IMG/VR virus record: IMGVR_UViG_3300013121_000036
Location: 1-64,000 of that record
Length of the DNA: 64,000 bases
Strand: one strand, 5' to 3'
DNA from: a virus
Lineage: Duplodnaviria; Caudoviricetes
Below, piece after piece: positions 22,442-32,934 of the stretch (positions are counted from its first letter, which is position 1; every line of letters starts with the position of its first letter). The notes below the pieces were generated by a model. It was given only the letters and a program-made list of their open reading frames with translations, was not told the DNA's origin and ran no database searches. The position numbers and the translations under genes are program-made.

Positions 22442-23544
22442 ACATGGACAACGAGAGAAGGGACCGGGTCAAGAGCGCTCTCTCCGACCCAATCAAGCTC
22501 TGTGAGAAGCTCGGCCTCATGGCCAAAGCAAGGAAGAACAACGGAGGTGTCTTCGTTCTGTGCCCGTGGCACGAAGACCGAAACCCATCGTGCTCTGTGC
22601 ACAGGGCCAAGGATGGGACCATCGCTGTCCGGTGCTGGTCGTGCGGTCAAACGTCGGACATCTTCGGTCTTGTCGAGAAGGTTCGCGGGCTGTCCGGCTT
22701 CTCCGACTCCCTCGCTGCTTGCGAGGCCATGATTGGGATACAGGCGCCAGAGCGGAAGGGTGGCTCGGTTCTCAACTTCAAGTCTGTCTCTTCGGACTCC
22801 TTCGACTCCATCGCAAGGGCCCTGCTCAAGCTGTGCCCTCTCGACTCCGATGGCGCCTCGTACCTGTCCAGGCGCGGGATCTTGGAGGAAGCTAGGCGTG
22901 CCATGTGGGGCTGCCTTCCGGCATGGAACGACCAAGAACGCATCGTGTCTCGCATGGTGAGCGAGTTCGGAGCAGAGACGCTGGTGGATGCTGGTCTTCT
23001 ATGGAAGTCGGATGAAGGCAAGATCGAGACGCGGCGCTTCGTGAGGGCCGACAACCGTCTTCTCATCCCATACTTCTCCTCTGGCGAGGGGTCCATGGTG
23101 CTGACGATCCAGCGTCGCCTTCTTCGTGGGGAGAGGGATGGCACGAACGACCAGAAGTACGTTTTCCCACGCGGTCGAACTGCGCCGGAGCCGTTCGGTG
23201 TCGAAGAAGCCATGGCTCACATGGGCAAGGACACGGTCGTCGTCTACTGCGAGGGAGCGACGGACAGCCTTGCTCTGCGCAGGGCATACGCTGAGGCGAG
23301 CGAAGACAGGGTTGTTCTTGGAATCCCTGGCGTCAAATCGTGGAACAAGTCATGGTCAAGATATGCTGTCGGCCACCTTGCCCTCCTTGCCTTCGACGCA
23401 GACGCGGCTGGGCAAGGGATTGTTCGTTCCGTCTGTGGCGACCTGATGGCGGCTGGTGCAAAGAAGGTTGCTTCTGTCAAGCCGAAGGGTGCCAAGGACT
23501 GGTGTGCCATGTTCGAGGGTGCCAAGAGGGCGGCAGCAGAGTGA
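22438..23544 (+). CDS. DNA primase (CHC2 Zn finger plus TOPRIM)
   Basis: CPWHEDRNPS..CWSCG; CEGATD; AFDADAAG; KDW. Confidence 0.9.
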   Translation: MNMDNERRDRVKSALSDPIKLCEKLGLMAKARKNNGGVFVLCPWHEDRNPSCSVHRAKDGTIAVRCWSCGQTSDIFGLVEKVRGLSGFSDSLAACEAMIGIQAPERKGGSVLNFKSVSSDSFDSIARALLKLCPLDSDGASYLSRRGILEEARRAMWGCLPAWNDQERIVSRMVSEFGAETLVDAGLLWKSDEGKIETRRFVRADNRLLIPYFSSGEGSMVLTIQRRLLRGERDGTNDQKYVFPRGRTAPEPFGVEEAMAHMGKDTVVVYCEGATDSLALRRAYAEASEDRVVLGIPGVKSWNKSWSRYAVGHLALLAFDADAAGQGIVRSVCGDLMAAGAKKVASVKPKGAKDWCAMFEGAKRAAAE

Positions 23545-23636
23545 AGATCCGAGAAGAGCACCTGGCTGCTTGGATCGTCTTCTGCGCAGTGGCGTCAGCC
23601 ATGCTGCTCGTGTACGAGATTCTGACAAGAGGTTGA
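23541..23636 (+). CDS. tiny membrane protein
   Basis: GTGA-coupled; single TM. Confidence 0.45.
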   Translation: MKIREEHLAAWIVFCAVASAMLLVYEILTRG

Positions 23637-23639
23637 AAG

Positions 23640-23915
23640 ATGGAACGAAGCAATGGTGCGGACCTTGCCTCTCATGTAGACGGCATGGTCATCAGGCAGT
23701 TGTGTTTCAGCACGGCGGTCGCCGTGGCCGCTTCGATGCTCGACAAGATCGAAGAGTTGCTCTTGGCCTCGATGGACATCACAAGAGACGAGTTGACGAA
23801 GGACAGGATGTCCATGCTCATCTCTGAGATGAGGGAAGTCAAAGAGCACGCTGTCAACCTGGCCGAGATCACCAACTCAAGGGCGAAGGCAAGCCTCGCT
23901 CACGATCTCCGATGA
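23640..23915 (+). CDS. hypothetical protein
   Basis: GAGG SD; helical. Confidence 0.65.
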   Translation: MERSNGADLASHVDGMVIRQLCFSTAVAVAASMLDKIEELLLASMDITRDELTKDRMSMLISEMREVKEHAVNLAEITNSRAKASLAHDLR

Positions 23916-25339
23916 CGTTTCGGCCTCTCCCTTTCGAGGATGACTTCCAAGTCCTCGCCAGGGGGGCCAACGACCAAGAAGAGGAGAAGCGCGTCGAAGT
24001 CCCTTCTCTGTCGTACGCAGAGACGGTCGAGCTGATCAGGGCGCTCGACCTGAGATACAGGGTCAAGTCGGAGGGCGAGTCCGTCTCGTGGAAGGTCCTT
24101 CCGAGCTTCGGGAACACGTGCAAGCTGCTCAGGTCGTGGTCTCCCTTCACGAACATGCTCAGGTACAACGAGATGACGTTGTTGCCAGAGTACGCTGGCA
24201 CTCCCATCTACGAACCCATGGTTGGTTCCATCAGAGAAGGGCTTGAGGCTACCTTCTTGGTGGACTGGCCGAAGGCCGTCGTGGAAGACGCCATCAGGAC
24301 AGTCAGCGACGAGAAGAGATATCACCCCGTCAGGGAGTTCCTGACAAGCCTCCGGTGGGACGGGGAGCGTCGCGTTCACAGGGTCGCCGAAGAGATCCTT
24401 GGACTCGTTCCGCCAGACGAGGATGGCCCGTGGCTTGAGAGCGTCATGATCGAGAAGTGGTTCATCGCTACCGTGGCGAGGGCACTGGATCCTGGGTGCA
24501 AGGTCGACACGGCGCTCGTCCTTCAGGGGCCCGGCGGTCTCAAGAAGTCGCAGTTCTTCGCCGTGCTCGGCGGCAAGTGGTTCAGCGACACGCACATGAA
24601 CCTGGCGAACAAGGACTCCTATCAGCAGCTACATGCGGCCTGGATCTACGAGTGGGGAGAGATTGACAAGTACACGAGGGGTCGTGCAGGCGCGGAGTTG
24701 AAGGCGTTCCTGTCGAGCCCCGTCGACAACTTCCGAGCCCCCTACGACAGGGCGACGAAGATGCACCCACGCACCACGGTGGTGGTCGGCTCGACGAACG
24801 AGGAAGAGGTGGTCGAGGACACGACGGACGGCATGAGGCGCTACTGGATCATTCCCGTCCGCAAGCCCATCGACAAAGCCAAGCTCATCTCTTGGCGTGA
24901 CCAGCTATGGGCCGAGGCTGTCTTGCTCTACGAGCAGGCGCGTTCGACGATGGACGACAACTGGTGGTGGCTCTCCGCCAACGAGGACGACAAGAGGCGG
25001 GAGAACAACGAGAGGTACGAGGCTGTCGACGCCTGGGAGGCGCCGATCACGAGCTACCTTTCGAGCAGGCAGGTCACTCACGTGTCCGAGCTTCTTTCTG
25101 CGGCCTGCGGCCTGCACACCAAGGATCACCGAAAGCCTGAGCAGATGCGGGCCGCTTGTGTTCTCCGACGCCTTGGCTGGAAGAAGGGGTTTCGCACGAT
25201 GGTTGGCAAGGCCCGCATCGTCCCCTGGTTCAGACCTCAGGATGGTCTGGATCAGGGTCGCATGAACGACTTGCTCAGGGTCGAGTCTCGGGTCATGTTG
25301 AGCTATTTGGAGGACGAGCGTCAGCGATTTACGACCTTA
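23912..25339 (+). CDS. VapE/virulence-associated-E P-loop NTPase (replicative helicase-like); ends at TTA
   Basis: YHPVRE, PGCKVD, LQGPGGLKKS, WIYEWGE, FRAPY, GSTN, GMRRYW, RDQLWAEA. TTA at 25337 precedes a non-coding repeat region. Confidence 0.9.
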
Positions 25340-25375
25340 CCCCGACATAGCCCGACCTGGGCCCACCCCCACCCG

Positions 25376-25720
25376 AGGGGGCAAGTGTGGCAGGCGTGGC
25401 AGGTGTGGCAGAGAGCTACTGGACAAAAAGGCTCTCCTGCCAACCTGCCACACCTGCCACACCTTTTTCCAAGACCTAATAGAACCCACCACTCCAGAGA
25501 AGTCTCCAAAAAAGGTGTGGTAGGTGTGGTAGGTTGGCAGGAGAGCCAAAACGTCGAGCGGCGTGTGACACACCTACCACACCTGCCACACCCACCTCCT
25601 CATGACGCACCACCAGATCGCGAAACCGTTTCGTTTGCCGTGCTGCGTCATGACCAAAACTGTCGCTTTGTTTCGTGATTGTTTCGTGATTTGGCAGATT
25701 GTTTCGCGACCATCCTGTTC
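25376..25720. repeat. direct and inverted 9-mer repeats (GGTGTGGCA/TGCCACACC), origin-like
   Basis: Clusters in alternating orientation near 25385, 25444, 25513 and 25568; GTTTCGTGATT x2 near 25670. Confidence 0.65.
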
Positions 25721-25808
25721 GAGCGTGCTGCAAGAATCATTCCGACCAATAGATCGTACTTATCTGGATCTTCGAGACGAGAGGGGGGTGGCGTGATATG
25801 CAGTCGTC

Positions 25809-26135
25809 ATGGCGGCAGGTGAGTGCAGGCTGTCGGAGGCATCGCGAGAGGTGAGCAGGGTTGCCATGTCCGTGGTCGCGTCCCTCGACGACGTGGCCAG
25901 GCTTTCGTACGCAGAGAATGTCGATGGCCGTAAGAGTGGGGCCGCCCTTGCTGTGGCCAGGATGACCGCTGACATGGCTCGAAACGCCCATCTACTGTTG
26001 CCCGCAGAGGAGGAGAGCCTCGATGCTTGCGCGAGCACCGATGATGTCCTCCGTTGGTCTTTGAATTTCAAACAGAGGCTCTTCTCCGTGGTCTCTCAAC
26101 TGGAATCAATCCGTACCTCGTCGAGGTGGTTATGA
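25809..26135 (+). CDS. hypothetical protein (ends TTA-TGA)
   Basis: ORF ending TTATGA, overlapping the next ATG. Confidence 0.6.
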   Translation: MAAGECRLSEASREVSRVAMSVVASLDDVARLSYAENVDGRKSGAALAVARMTADMARNAHLLLPAEEESLDACASTDDVLRWSLNFKQRLFSVVSQLESIRTSSRWL

Positions 26136-26437
26136 ACGGCATGAGGTCTGTGGATTTTGAGATGAGTCCCCTGGAGACCCACATGAGGTCTGTGAGAAAC
26201 CTTGAGGAGGTCGCGAGAGAGGTCGTCCGAATCTCCGGTGTTGGCGCTTCCGCCGCCGACAGGTTCTTCGCCATCGTCAAGCTGGCCGAGAACATCTCGA
26301 AGCTGTGTGACGATGTAGGACTGGAGTACGACGTGAGCCCGCCTGATGAGGGGGCCTCGTACGAGAGTCGAGTGCTTTGGTTGCGCGAGGCGGCTGAGCA
26401 GATACTGGAGAAGATCAGACTCTTGTACTCTGTGTTA
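26132..26437 (+). CDS. hypothetical protein; ends at TTA
   Basis: GAGGT SD. TTA at 26435 is followed by a promoter; otherwise the frame would overrun the next gene out of frame. Confidence 0.65.
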
Positions 26438-26446
26438 CATGTGGTC

Positions 26447-26474
26447 TTGACACCCACAAGCCTGTGTGTACCAT
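26447..26474 (+). promoter_or_regulatory. sigma70-type promoter
   Basis: TTGACA-16-TACCAT with ATG 7 nt downstream. Confidence 0.6.
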
Positions 26475-26480
26475 CGCCCT

Positions 26481-26981
26481 ATGTCGAACAACTTGATCAA
26501 GAAGTACGAGAGGCGCGTCGAGGCTCTGTCGGCAGAGCTGGCGGACGCAAAGGAAAAGCTGAAGGGCATCAAGGCGGGCGATGGCGTGTCGCGACATCGC
26601 CCCGAGGGAGGCACGATGACGGCGCTCATCGTCAAGGCGCTCCTGAAGAAGCCTGGCATGACCAGCGACCAGATCGCCTCCAAGATCGGCGAGGCGTCGT
26701 TCCGAGTTCGAGCGCGCATCGGATACATGGTCCGAGAGGGCCTGATCGAGGCTGTCGATCGGGGCATGTACCAGGCCACGGCCTTCGGCTCAGAGAAGCT
26801 CGACGGCAACAGGCTGGCGAGGATCTCTCGCAGCGAGCCGAAGAAGAAGGCCAAGGCCGCTGCGCCCGCCAAGAAGGCGGCCACCAAGAAGGGGCGCAAG
26901 GTCAAGGCGCCGGCCAAAACCAAGCGCAAGGCCAAGTCCGAGCAGGCCGAGGCGGAGCCGCAGCAAGCCGCGGCAGAGTTA
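26481..26981 (+). CDS. winged-HTH protein with Lys/Ala-rich (histone H1-like) tail; ends at TTA
   Basis: PGMTSDQIASKIG..VRARIGYMVREGLIE..RGMY; KKAKAAAPAKK tail; TTA at 26979. Confidence 0.75.
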
Positions 26982-27024
26982 TCCTACATCAGGTACCGTC
27001 GTCTTACTTATCTTAGACATCTTG

Positions 27025-27053
27025 TTGACAAGGAAAGTTGCCATCGGCATACT
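27025..27053 (+). promoter_or_regulatory. sigma70-type promoter
   Basis: TTGACA-17-CATACT in an AT-rich spacer that lies inside the 676-aa track ORF. Confidence 0.7.
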
Positions 27054-27077
27054 TCTCTCCACCAAGGGAGAACGACG

Positions 27078-27989
27078 ATGGCAACTGACCTTTCGAAGCT
27101 GGGCGCCGCAAGCCGCGGCGATCTTTTCCGTTACCGCCCCGAGGATCTGACCCTCGTAGAGGACAAGGAGCACCCACTCTATGACCCGAGGGTCGAGTGG
27201 AAACCAGCGGAGTCGATGATCGACTCGATCATCAGGAGCGGGGTGGCTGAGCCGATCCTCGTCAGAAGGAACGGTGTCGTCAACGGCAAGCCTGTTGTCG
27301 AGGTTATCAACGGTCGGCAGCGCACCAAGGCCGCCATTGAGGCCAACGTCAGGCTGAGGGCAGAAGGAAAGGAACCAGTTCTGGTTCCCGCCCGCATCAT
27401 CCAGTGCGACGACGCAGAGGCTCAGGCGCTGATGTACCTGACCAACGAGCTTCGCACCAACGATGACGAAGTCATGCGCGCAGAGAAGATCAAGCGCTAC
27501 ATCGACATGGCGGGCGACGAAAGGAACGCGGCTGTCGTCTTCGGCGTGACCCAGAAGACCATCAAGACCTACCTCGTCCTGGCAAACTCGGAGCCTGCGG
27601 TGAAGAAGGCCGTCAAAGACGGCCTCCCGCTCAAGGACGTGAAGAGGCTCGATGACATGCCTCGCGAAAAGCAGCGCAAGGTCATCGAACAGCTTCGAGA
27701 GAAGGGCATGATCGGCAGCGGCGACGGGTCTCTCCTCATCGAGAGGGAAGCCAAGGTTCACGAGCCTGCCGAGAAGAAGCCCAAGAAGCAGTACGCCAGG
27801 TCGTCGAAGCTGATCAAGCACGTTGCCAATCTTCTCTCTGGAGCCGGCGACCTCGTTCCGGTCAGCGTTCTCGCTGATGCACTCTTGTGGGCCGCCGGTG
27901 ACAAGTCCGACTTCGCCAAGTCCATGAAGAGCCTCGGCATCGACGTTCCTGGCGACGACTGGAAGCCTGGCAAGAAAGACGAGGGTTTA
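27078..27989 (+). CDS. ParB/Srx-like N-terminal domain protein with HTH; ends at TTA
   Basis: HPLYDPR..SIIRSGVAEPILV..VINGRQRTKAA..TNELR; AAGGGAG SD; TTA at 27987. Confidence 0.85.
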
Positions 27990-27992
27990 CAG

Positions 27993-28496
27993 GTGGCAGG
28001 GGCGTGCGACGAGTCTGAGAACGGCCTACTGATCGTCTACTGCGAGATAGGCCGTTTCTGCGACACTTTCGATCGCACGCTCTTGCCTGGAGACATGCCA
28101 CCTGTCGAAAGGAAGGTCATGAGAGGAACGCTGACGTGCGTTTCTCTTCACGATCCTTCGAGGCGCCGTGGTCTCTGGTTCCGCGTCGATGGCAGTCGGC
28201 AACTCCGCGACAGGGTCATCTCCCTCTTCGCCGGAAGAGAGGGTGACGACTCATGCGCTACCCTTCGAGAGGGTCACATTCTCCACCGAGTTGACGTGGA
28301 CATGCTTCTGGACCTTCTTGGTACAGCAAGGTACTCCTACAGCCTTGCCCACAACAGCGACGGCGACGAGTCTTCGCTGATGTCCAGGTTCTCACCTTGT
28401 CACGGTGGGTGGTGTCAGGACGAGACCCCACGATGCGCCATGATAAGCTGGTGCGACCCTGCTCGTGGTTCATCGTGCCGCAAGGGCCACACTTGA
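27993..28496 (+). CDS. hypothetical protein
   Basis: GTG 4 nt after TTA in the same frame; GAGGG SD. Confidence 0.45.
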   Translation: MAGACDESENGLLIVYCEIGRFCDTFDRTLLPGDMPPVERKVMRGTLTCVSLHDPSRRRGLWFRVDGSRQLRDRVISLFAGREGDDSCATLREGHILHRVDVDMLLDLLGTARYSYSLAHNSDGDESSLMSRFSPCHGGWCQDETPRCAMISWCDPARGSSCRKGHT

Positions 28497-28681
28497 CCAT
28501 CGAAAGGCGTAGGTGGCGCGGCTGGCTCTCTGACGGCTCGTCGGAAGAGGAGCGTCAGTGGGAGAGGGTCGTTGAAGGATCCATTCTCGGATGTGTGGCA
28601 ACTGAAAGCAACGAGGAAGGCTTCCCCGTGTTCGTCGGAAGAATTGCAGCGGCCGTGCTCGCCGCAGGAAATGGAGACTGA
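28493..28681 (+). CDS. hypothetical protein
   Basis: TTGA coupling. Confidence 0.4.
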   Translation: MTIERRRWRGWLSDGSSEEERQWERVVEGSILGCVATESNEEGFPVFVGRIAAAVLAAGNGD

Positions 28682-28683
28682 AG

Positions 28684-28962
28684 ATGGTTGTCGTATACCG
28701 ATGCGTCGTGTCCAGCGATAGGTGCAGCTCGTCGGAGGACTGCTACGACCACAACGAGTTCTGCGACAGGATAACGGCGCAAGACAGGTGCCTCGACAGG
28801 AGACGGAAGATAATGATGCAAGACAGGTGCTGCGACAGGAGGTGGGCAAGGAGAGGTGGAACGAGAGCTGTGCCGAGACTCATCGATAAAGGCCACCTTC
28901 TCTTCGCACGTATTGTGTGCACCTCATGGGGGGTCGAACGTCAGTCCGACGTTTGCAGATGA
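28684..28962 (+). CDS. Cys/Arg-rich hypothetical protein (DRC repeats)
   Basis: GGAG SD; CDR/QDRC repeats. Confidence 0.45.
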   Translation: MVVVYRCVVSSDRCSSSEDCYDHNEFCDRITAQDRCLDRRRKIMMQDRCCDRRWARRGGTRAVPRLIDKGHLLFARIVCTSWGVERQSDVCR

Positions 28963-29129
28963 TCATCGTCAGCCCGGTAGAGATGGTTGGCGCCATCGAA
29001 GCATACGTGTCGCAAAGGTATCGTGGACAGATGTCTCACTGCCGAGCATCGGTTCACGTCCGTGGTCCGCTTCGGAGAAAAGCAGAAAGGATTGAGAAGA
29101 ATGACAAGCGCCGGCCCGAAGCGGCGTGA
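28959..29129 (+). CDS. hypothetical protein
   Basis: ATGA coupling. Confidence 0.4.
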   Translation: MIIVSPVEMVGAIEAYVSQRYRGQMSHCRASVHVRGPLRRKAERIEKNDKRRPEAA

Positions 29130-29130
29130 A

Positions 29131-29466
29131 ATGCCCGCCGGGCACGTGAGATGGCGTGTGACTGCCGACGGCGAGTGGTCGGGCTCACACCACGAACACA
29201 GAGCCCCCGCCATGGAACACGCGAGGTCCCTGCGAAAGACGCGAAATGTGAAGGTCACTGTGACCCGCGTCATCACCGCTTCCCGCAGGTGGAAGCGTGG
29301 TGGGTGGAATTTCCAGGTGTGGCTGATTCACGAGGGTGAGTGTGGGTGGATTTGGTGTGTAAGTCATGGCGATCTCCAGAAGGAAGGAATCGCCGACTCC
29401 ATCGAAGAGGCCGTGGCGGCAGCAGAGAAGGCTGCCACCAGCACAACTGATGTGAAAATGGCGTAG
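29131..29466 (+). CDS. hypothetical protein
   Basis: Resembles 38295..38612 (WRVT..RRW..AxxAAE); TAG stop. Confidence 0.55.
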   Translation: MPAGHVRWRVTADGEWSGSHHEHRAPAMEHARSLRKTRNVKVTVTRVITASRRWKRGGWNFQVWLIHEGECGWIWCVSHGDLQKEGIADSIEEAVAAAEKAATSTTDVKMA

Positions 29467-29494
29467 TGGGTGTCCGCTGCGCCGGAGGGGTCCG

Positions 29495-30106
29495 ATGAAA
29501 AGTAGTATGACTCTCAAGGAATACGAGCAACAGGTTGAGCAAGAGATGTCTGTTGGCACCAACAAGCTCGTGTTCATGAATGGCGGGCAGGTTGCAAACG
29601 ACGGATGGTGGACCCTCAGGCAAGACCCTCGGTCGTCCAACTACGCGACGAAGGTCAAGTGCACAGAATGGGGTCACGTGGTGATGGTCGGCGACATCGT
29701 CGACATCGTCCTGCGAGGAAGACCGATGGACAGCCAGGAGGCCATCAGGTGGATCGCGACAAGCGACCTGTCCTACCTGGCATCCAAGTGCCAGATCAGG
29801 GAACAGGCTTATGAATACTCGAAACAGGTTGCAGTGAACTCCATCAAGTCGCACCTCGACGATGAGCGTGAGATCGACCCAGACGACGACATCGTCGATT
29901 CTCTCACGACAGTGCTGCTTATCGTCAGGAACGGCGAAACCAGATCATTCCCGAGAGAAGCCGAGGATCTGTGGTACGGGGAACTCCAGATGGAGCGCTG
30001 CCCTGGAGAGGTCCCATCAAGGGCTATGATCACTGCAAGGCTTATTGCGAGAAGAATGCTTGTCTTGTGGAACAGGATTGACAGGAGTGAGGAGGAGGCG
30101 ACATGA
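29495..30106 (+). CDS. hypothetical protein
   Basis: GGAGG SD, 203 aa. Confidence 0.75.
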   Translation: MKSSMTLKEYEQQVEQEMSVGTNKLVFMNGGQVANDGWWTLRQDPRSSNYATKVKCTEWGHVVMVGDIVDIVLRGRPMDSQEAIRWIATSDLSYLASKCQIREQAYEYSKQVAVNSIKSHLDDEREIDPDDDIVDSLTTVLLIVRNGETRSFPREAEDLWYGELQMERCPGEVPSRAMITARLIARRMLVLWNRIDRSEEEAT

Positions 30107-30906
30107 AGCTGAGCTACAACCACGGCACATTGACCACCACCGTCGAGGTCGAGGAGAAGAAGCCTCACGAGACCGAACCTGATGCAGCCTGGATCTTCAG
30201 GGTCCTTTGCCAGGCGGAGCCCTCCGTGGGAGACAAGGTCTCTTTCGGCTTCGTGAATTGGATGGGAGGCCCAGACGCAGACTTCTTGCCATCAGGATAC
30301 ACGAGGGTCAGAGTGCGCCGAGACGGAGTACACCAGACGACCCTCGAAGTGAAGTCGGAAAGGGCCGCCGCTCTGATGAGCGTCGCTGGCATGGCAAAGC
30401 ACCACCCGCAGTTTCATGACTGGGAGAATGACTGCGGCGTCGCCTTGGTTCTGCTCGACGACAAGAAGAATTTCTTCTTGACGATGAAGGACCACGAGCA
30501 CCCGAACGAGGCTTGCCGAGGAAGGTACTCCCTCATCAGCGGAGGAAGGGAGAAGCACGAGCCATCTCGGTGGGCCATCTGTCGCGAGACGTACGAAGAG
30601 GTCAGGTACGCAAGGATGGTGGACGAAATCTTCTCTGCCGACGAGGAGTACGAGCTTCGACGGCGTCTGCCAAGCGTCCAGTGGCCCGGCGACTACATGA
30701 TCACGACGACGGCCAGGCTGATCAGGAAGCCGGAAGCCTTCCGAAGGGCGTGGGACAGGCCAGACGTGCTGTCAGAGGGCATCCCCGTCGTCAAGAGCGC
30801 ATCTGAAGTGGAAGACCTCATCGGTGAAGAGGAGAAGAACCCAGGCAGCATGTTCGTGGCGAGCCACCACCTGTTGCTGGCTCACGCCATGAGATACTTC
30901 GGTTGA
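30103..30906 (+). CDS. Nudix hydrolase domain protein
   Basis: Nudix box G-GREKH-E-PSRWAIC-RETYEE. Confidence 0.8.
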   Translation: MKLSYNHGTLTTTVEVEEKKPHETEPDAAWIFRVLCQAEPSVGDKVSFGFVNWMGGPDADFLPSGYTRVRVRRDGVHQTTLEVKSERAAALMSVAGMAKHHPQFHDWENDCGVALVLLDDKKNFFLTMKDHEHPNEACRGRYSLISGGREKHEPSRWAICRETYEEVRYARMVDEIFSADEEYELRRRLPSVQWPGDYMITTTARLIRKPEAFRRAWDRPDVLSEGIPVVKSASEVEDLIGEEEKNPGSMFVASHHLLLAHAMRYFG

Positions 30907-30943
30907 CGACAGCGCTGCCGCGCAGTATGACTTTACCAGGGAG

Positions 30944-31432
30944 ATGACAACGATGAGGATATACGTTGCAAGTTCGTTCGAAAACGAGGTCCAGAGGGCC
31001 GCCGTGAGCGCCCTCCGCGAGGCCGGACACCGAGTATTCGACTTCAGGAGCCCGTTCGGCGAGGAAAGGCGGTGGAAGCCGAAGCTCTTCTCAGAGGGCC
31101 CAGCGTCGTCTGCTCAGCACAAGGCGGCCTTGGCCCACGATGAGGCTCAGCACTGGTTCTCCATCTTCATGGACGCGCTCATCCTGTCAGACGCCGTGGC
31201 GTTCGTTGGGCCGGCAGGGCCATCTTCGGGCATCGAGCTTGGCTTCGCCATCGGCAGAGGCAAGAGGACTGTCGCCTTGTTCACTGGCGATACGCCCGTG
31301 GACCTCATGTTTCTGTCATGCGACTACATCGCCACCGATCTCTACGAGATGGTGACATGGCTTGGCAGCGACAGCCTGCCGCGAAGGCACAAGCTCAAAA
31401 ACATCAACTGCGCGTTCGACCAATACAGGTGA
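30944..31432 (+). CDS. nucleoside 2-deoxyribosyltransferase-like protein
   Basis: IYVASS..LREAGHRVF..SDAV..GPSSGIELGFAIG. Confidence 0.75.
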   Translation: MTTMRIYVASSFENEVQRAAVSALREAGHRVFDFRSPFGEERRWKPKLFSEGPASSAQHKAALAHDEAQHWFSIFMDALILSDAVAFVGPAGPSSGIELGFAIGRGKRTVALFTGDTPVDLMFLSCDYIATDLYEMVTWLGSDSLPRRHKLKNINCAFDQYR

Positions 31433-31437
31433 AGAAC

Positions 31438-32046
31438 ATGGAAAACGACCGAAAAGGTAGCTGGATTCAGACGTACACGGGCAAGAAGTTTTGGCCCCTC
31501 TCGCCTCTCCCAGAGGACGTCGACTTCAGGGACGTTGCTCACGCTCTCTCCAACCTTTGCAGGTTCGGCGGCCACTGCCGAGAGTTCTACTCGGTGGCGG
31601 AGCACAGCATCAGAGCCTGCAACCTCATCGACTGGGACGAGCACCCAGTCACCGCTCTGGCAGCGCTGCTCCACGACGCAAGCGAGGCTTTCCTCGTGGA
31701 CCTTCCGAGACCGCTCAAGCACGGCACGGTTCTGGGAGCAGAGTACAGGGCCATCGAGCACGCCGTCCAATTGGCGATCAACAGCAAGATCGGGCTGCCT
31801 CCTATGTCTCACCACCTCGACAAGGTCGTCGCCGCAGACGAGGTGATGCTGGTTACCGAGGCCAGGGACCTCATGGGCCTCACGAGCTTCGAGAAGTGGT
31901 CGACCATCAAGAAGGGCGTCCTTCCACTGGAGGACACCATCATGCCGATGTCGCCCGCGGCGGCGAAGAGGCTGTTCCAGTCCGTTCTTGAGGACCTCGT
32001 CAAGAGGTGCGCCCCGTTTGGGGTTGCTCAGGTGGAAGTATGGTAG
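31438..32046 (+). CDS. HD-domain 5'-deoxynucleotidase (YfbR-like)
   Basis: IQTYTG..VAHALSNLCRFGGH..YSVAEHS..LLHDASEA..D. Confidence 0.9.
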   Translation: MENDRKGSWIQTYTGKKFWPLSPLPEDVDFRDVAHALSNLCRFGGHCREFYSVAEHSIRACNLIDWDEHPVTALAALLHDASEAFLVDLPRPLKHGTVLGAEYRAIEHAVQLAINSKIGLPPMSHHLDKVVAADEVMLVTEARDLMGLTSFEKWSTIKKGVLPLEDTIMPMSPAAAKRLFQSVLEDLVKRCAPFGVAQVEVW

Positions 32047-32360
32047 ATTTCGTCGCCAGGTGCTCTCACCCCAAGTGCACAGCAAGCATCCACACCAAGA
32101 GCAGGAGAGCCGCCAAGGAAAACTGCTGGGACGTACCCAAGGACGGCACGGCTAGCTGCCCCAGGCACTCCAAGAGAAGCCTTTACAGCAAGCTCGACAT
32201 GTCTCACGCCGAGGTCAAGAAGTTCATCAAGGTCATGGACGAGCTTCGCGTCTACCTCTGCCCAAGGTGCCAGAAGCTGAGGAGCTGGTCAGATGGCGCC
32301 GGTGACGACTACCCAGAGCTGTGCGACTCCTGCTACCGCAAGGTCAGCAAGAAGCCATGA
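32040..32360 (+). CDS. Zn-finger hypothetical protein
   Basis: CSHPKC, CPRH, CPRC, CDSC. Confidence 0.6.
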   Translation: MVDFVARCSHPKCTASIHTKSRRAAKENCWDVPKDGTASCPRHSKRSLYSKLDMSHAEVKKFIKVMDELRVYLCPRCQKLRSWSDGAGDDYPELCDSCYRKVSKKP

Positions 32361-32698
32361 GCTACAGGACGGCCGTCGAGAAGGACGAAAAGTTTCGCTT
32401 CGAGTGCCCGGAGTGCAAGAGGAGGAACTCCGTTCTTTTCGAGTTCTCGCAGGAAACATGCCCTTACTGCGGAGGACCTTGCGGGCACAGCGCGAGGTCG
32501 CTGTACGACTGTAGCAAAGAGAAGTACGTGTCAGTTTCATTGCCCTTCGTAAGGACGTGCAGCGGCGTGACTGGCAAGAGCTTCCTCGACAAATTGTTCC
32601 GAGAGCACGAGTGTCGCCTGGATGTTGGAATCCACATCCACAGGGTCTGCCACCATTGCAAGATGGAGTGGCCGTGCAAGCCGGCCGTGGAGAAGTAA
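32357..32698 (+). CDS. Zn-ribbon hypothetical protein
   Basis: CPEC..CPYC; ATGA-coupled. Confidence 0.6.
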   Translation: MSYRTAVEKDEKFRFECPECKRRNSVLFEFSQETCPYCGGPCGHSARSLYDCSKEKYVSVSLPFVRTCSGVTGKSFLDKLFREHECRLDVGIHIHRVCHHCKMEWPCKPAVEK

Positions 32699-32923
32699 AT
32701 GAGGATGTTCAAGAACCAAGAAGGTGACTTCGTCGTTGCCGAGAGCGCCGAAGACGCTCTGACGGCCTACTGCGACAGCATCGGTGAAAGCGCCGACGAC
32801 TATCGAGGTCTCGAACTCTTCCAGTTCTCTCCTGTGGACGACGACTACTTCCTGTGTGGCGCGACTGCGGCGCACTGGGCACGGAAGCTGGGGCGAGGGT
32901 ACTGGTTCTCAACCAACGAGTGA
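32699..32923 (+). CDS. hypothetical protein
   Basis: GGAG SD. Confidence 0.65.
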   Translation: MRMFKNQEGDFVVAESAEDALTAYCDSIGESADDYRGLELFQFSPVDDDYFLCGATAAHWARKLGRGYWFSTNE

Positions 32924-32934
32924 GGAGAGAGGTC

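Noticed and set aside
28740-28850. GACAGG repeats as a second guide array
   Set aside because: They are few, irregularly spaced and in frame as DR/DRC peptide repeats of a small ORF.
30103-32046. 2-aminoadenine (Z) genome pathway
   Set aside because: An HD nucleotidase is present, but there is no PurZ or DNA polymerase in the window.
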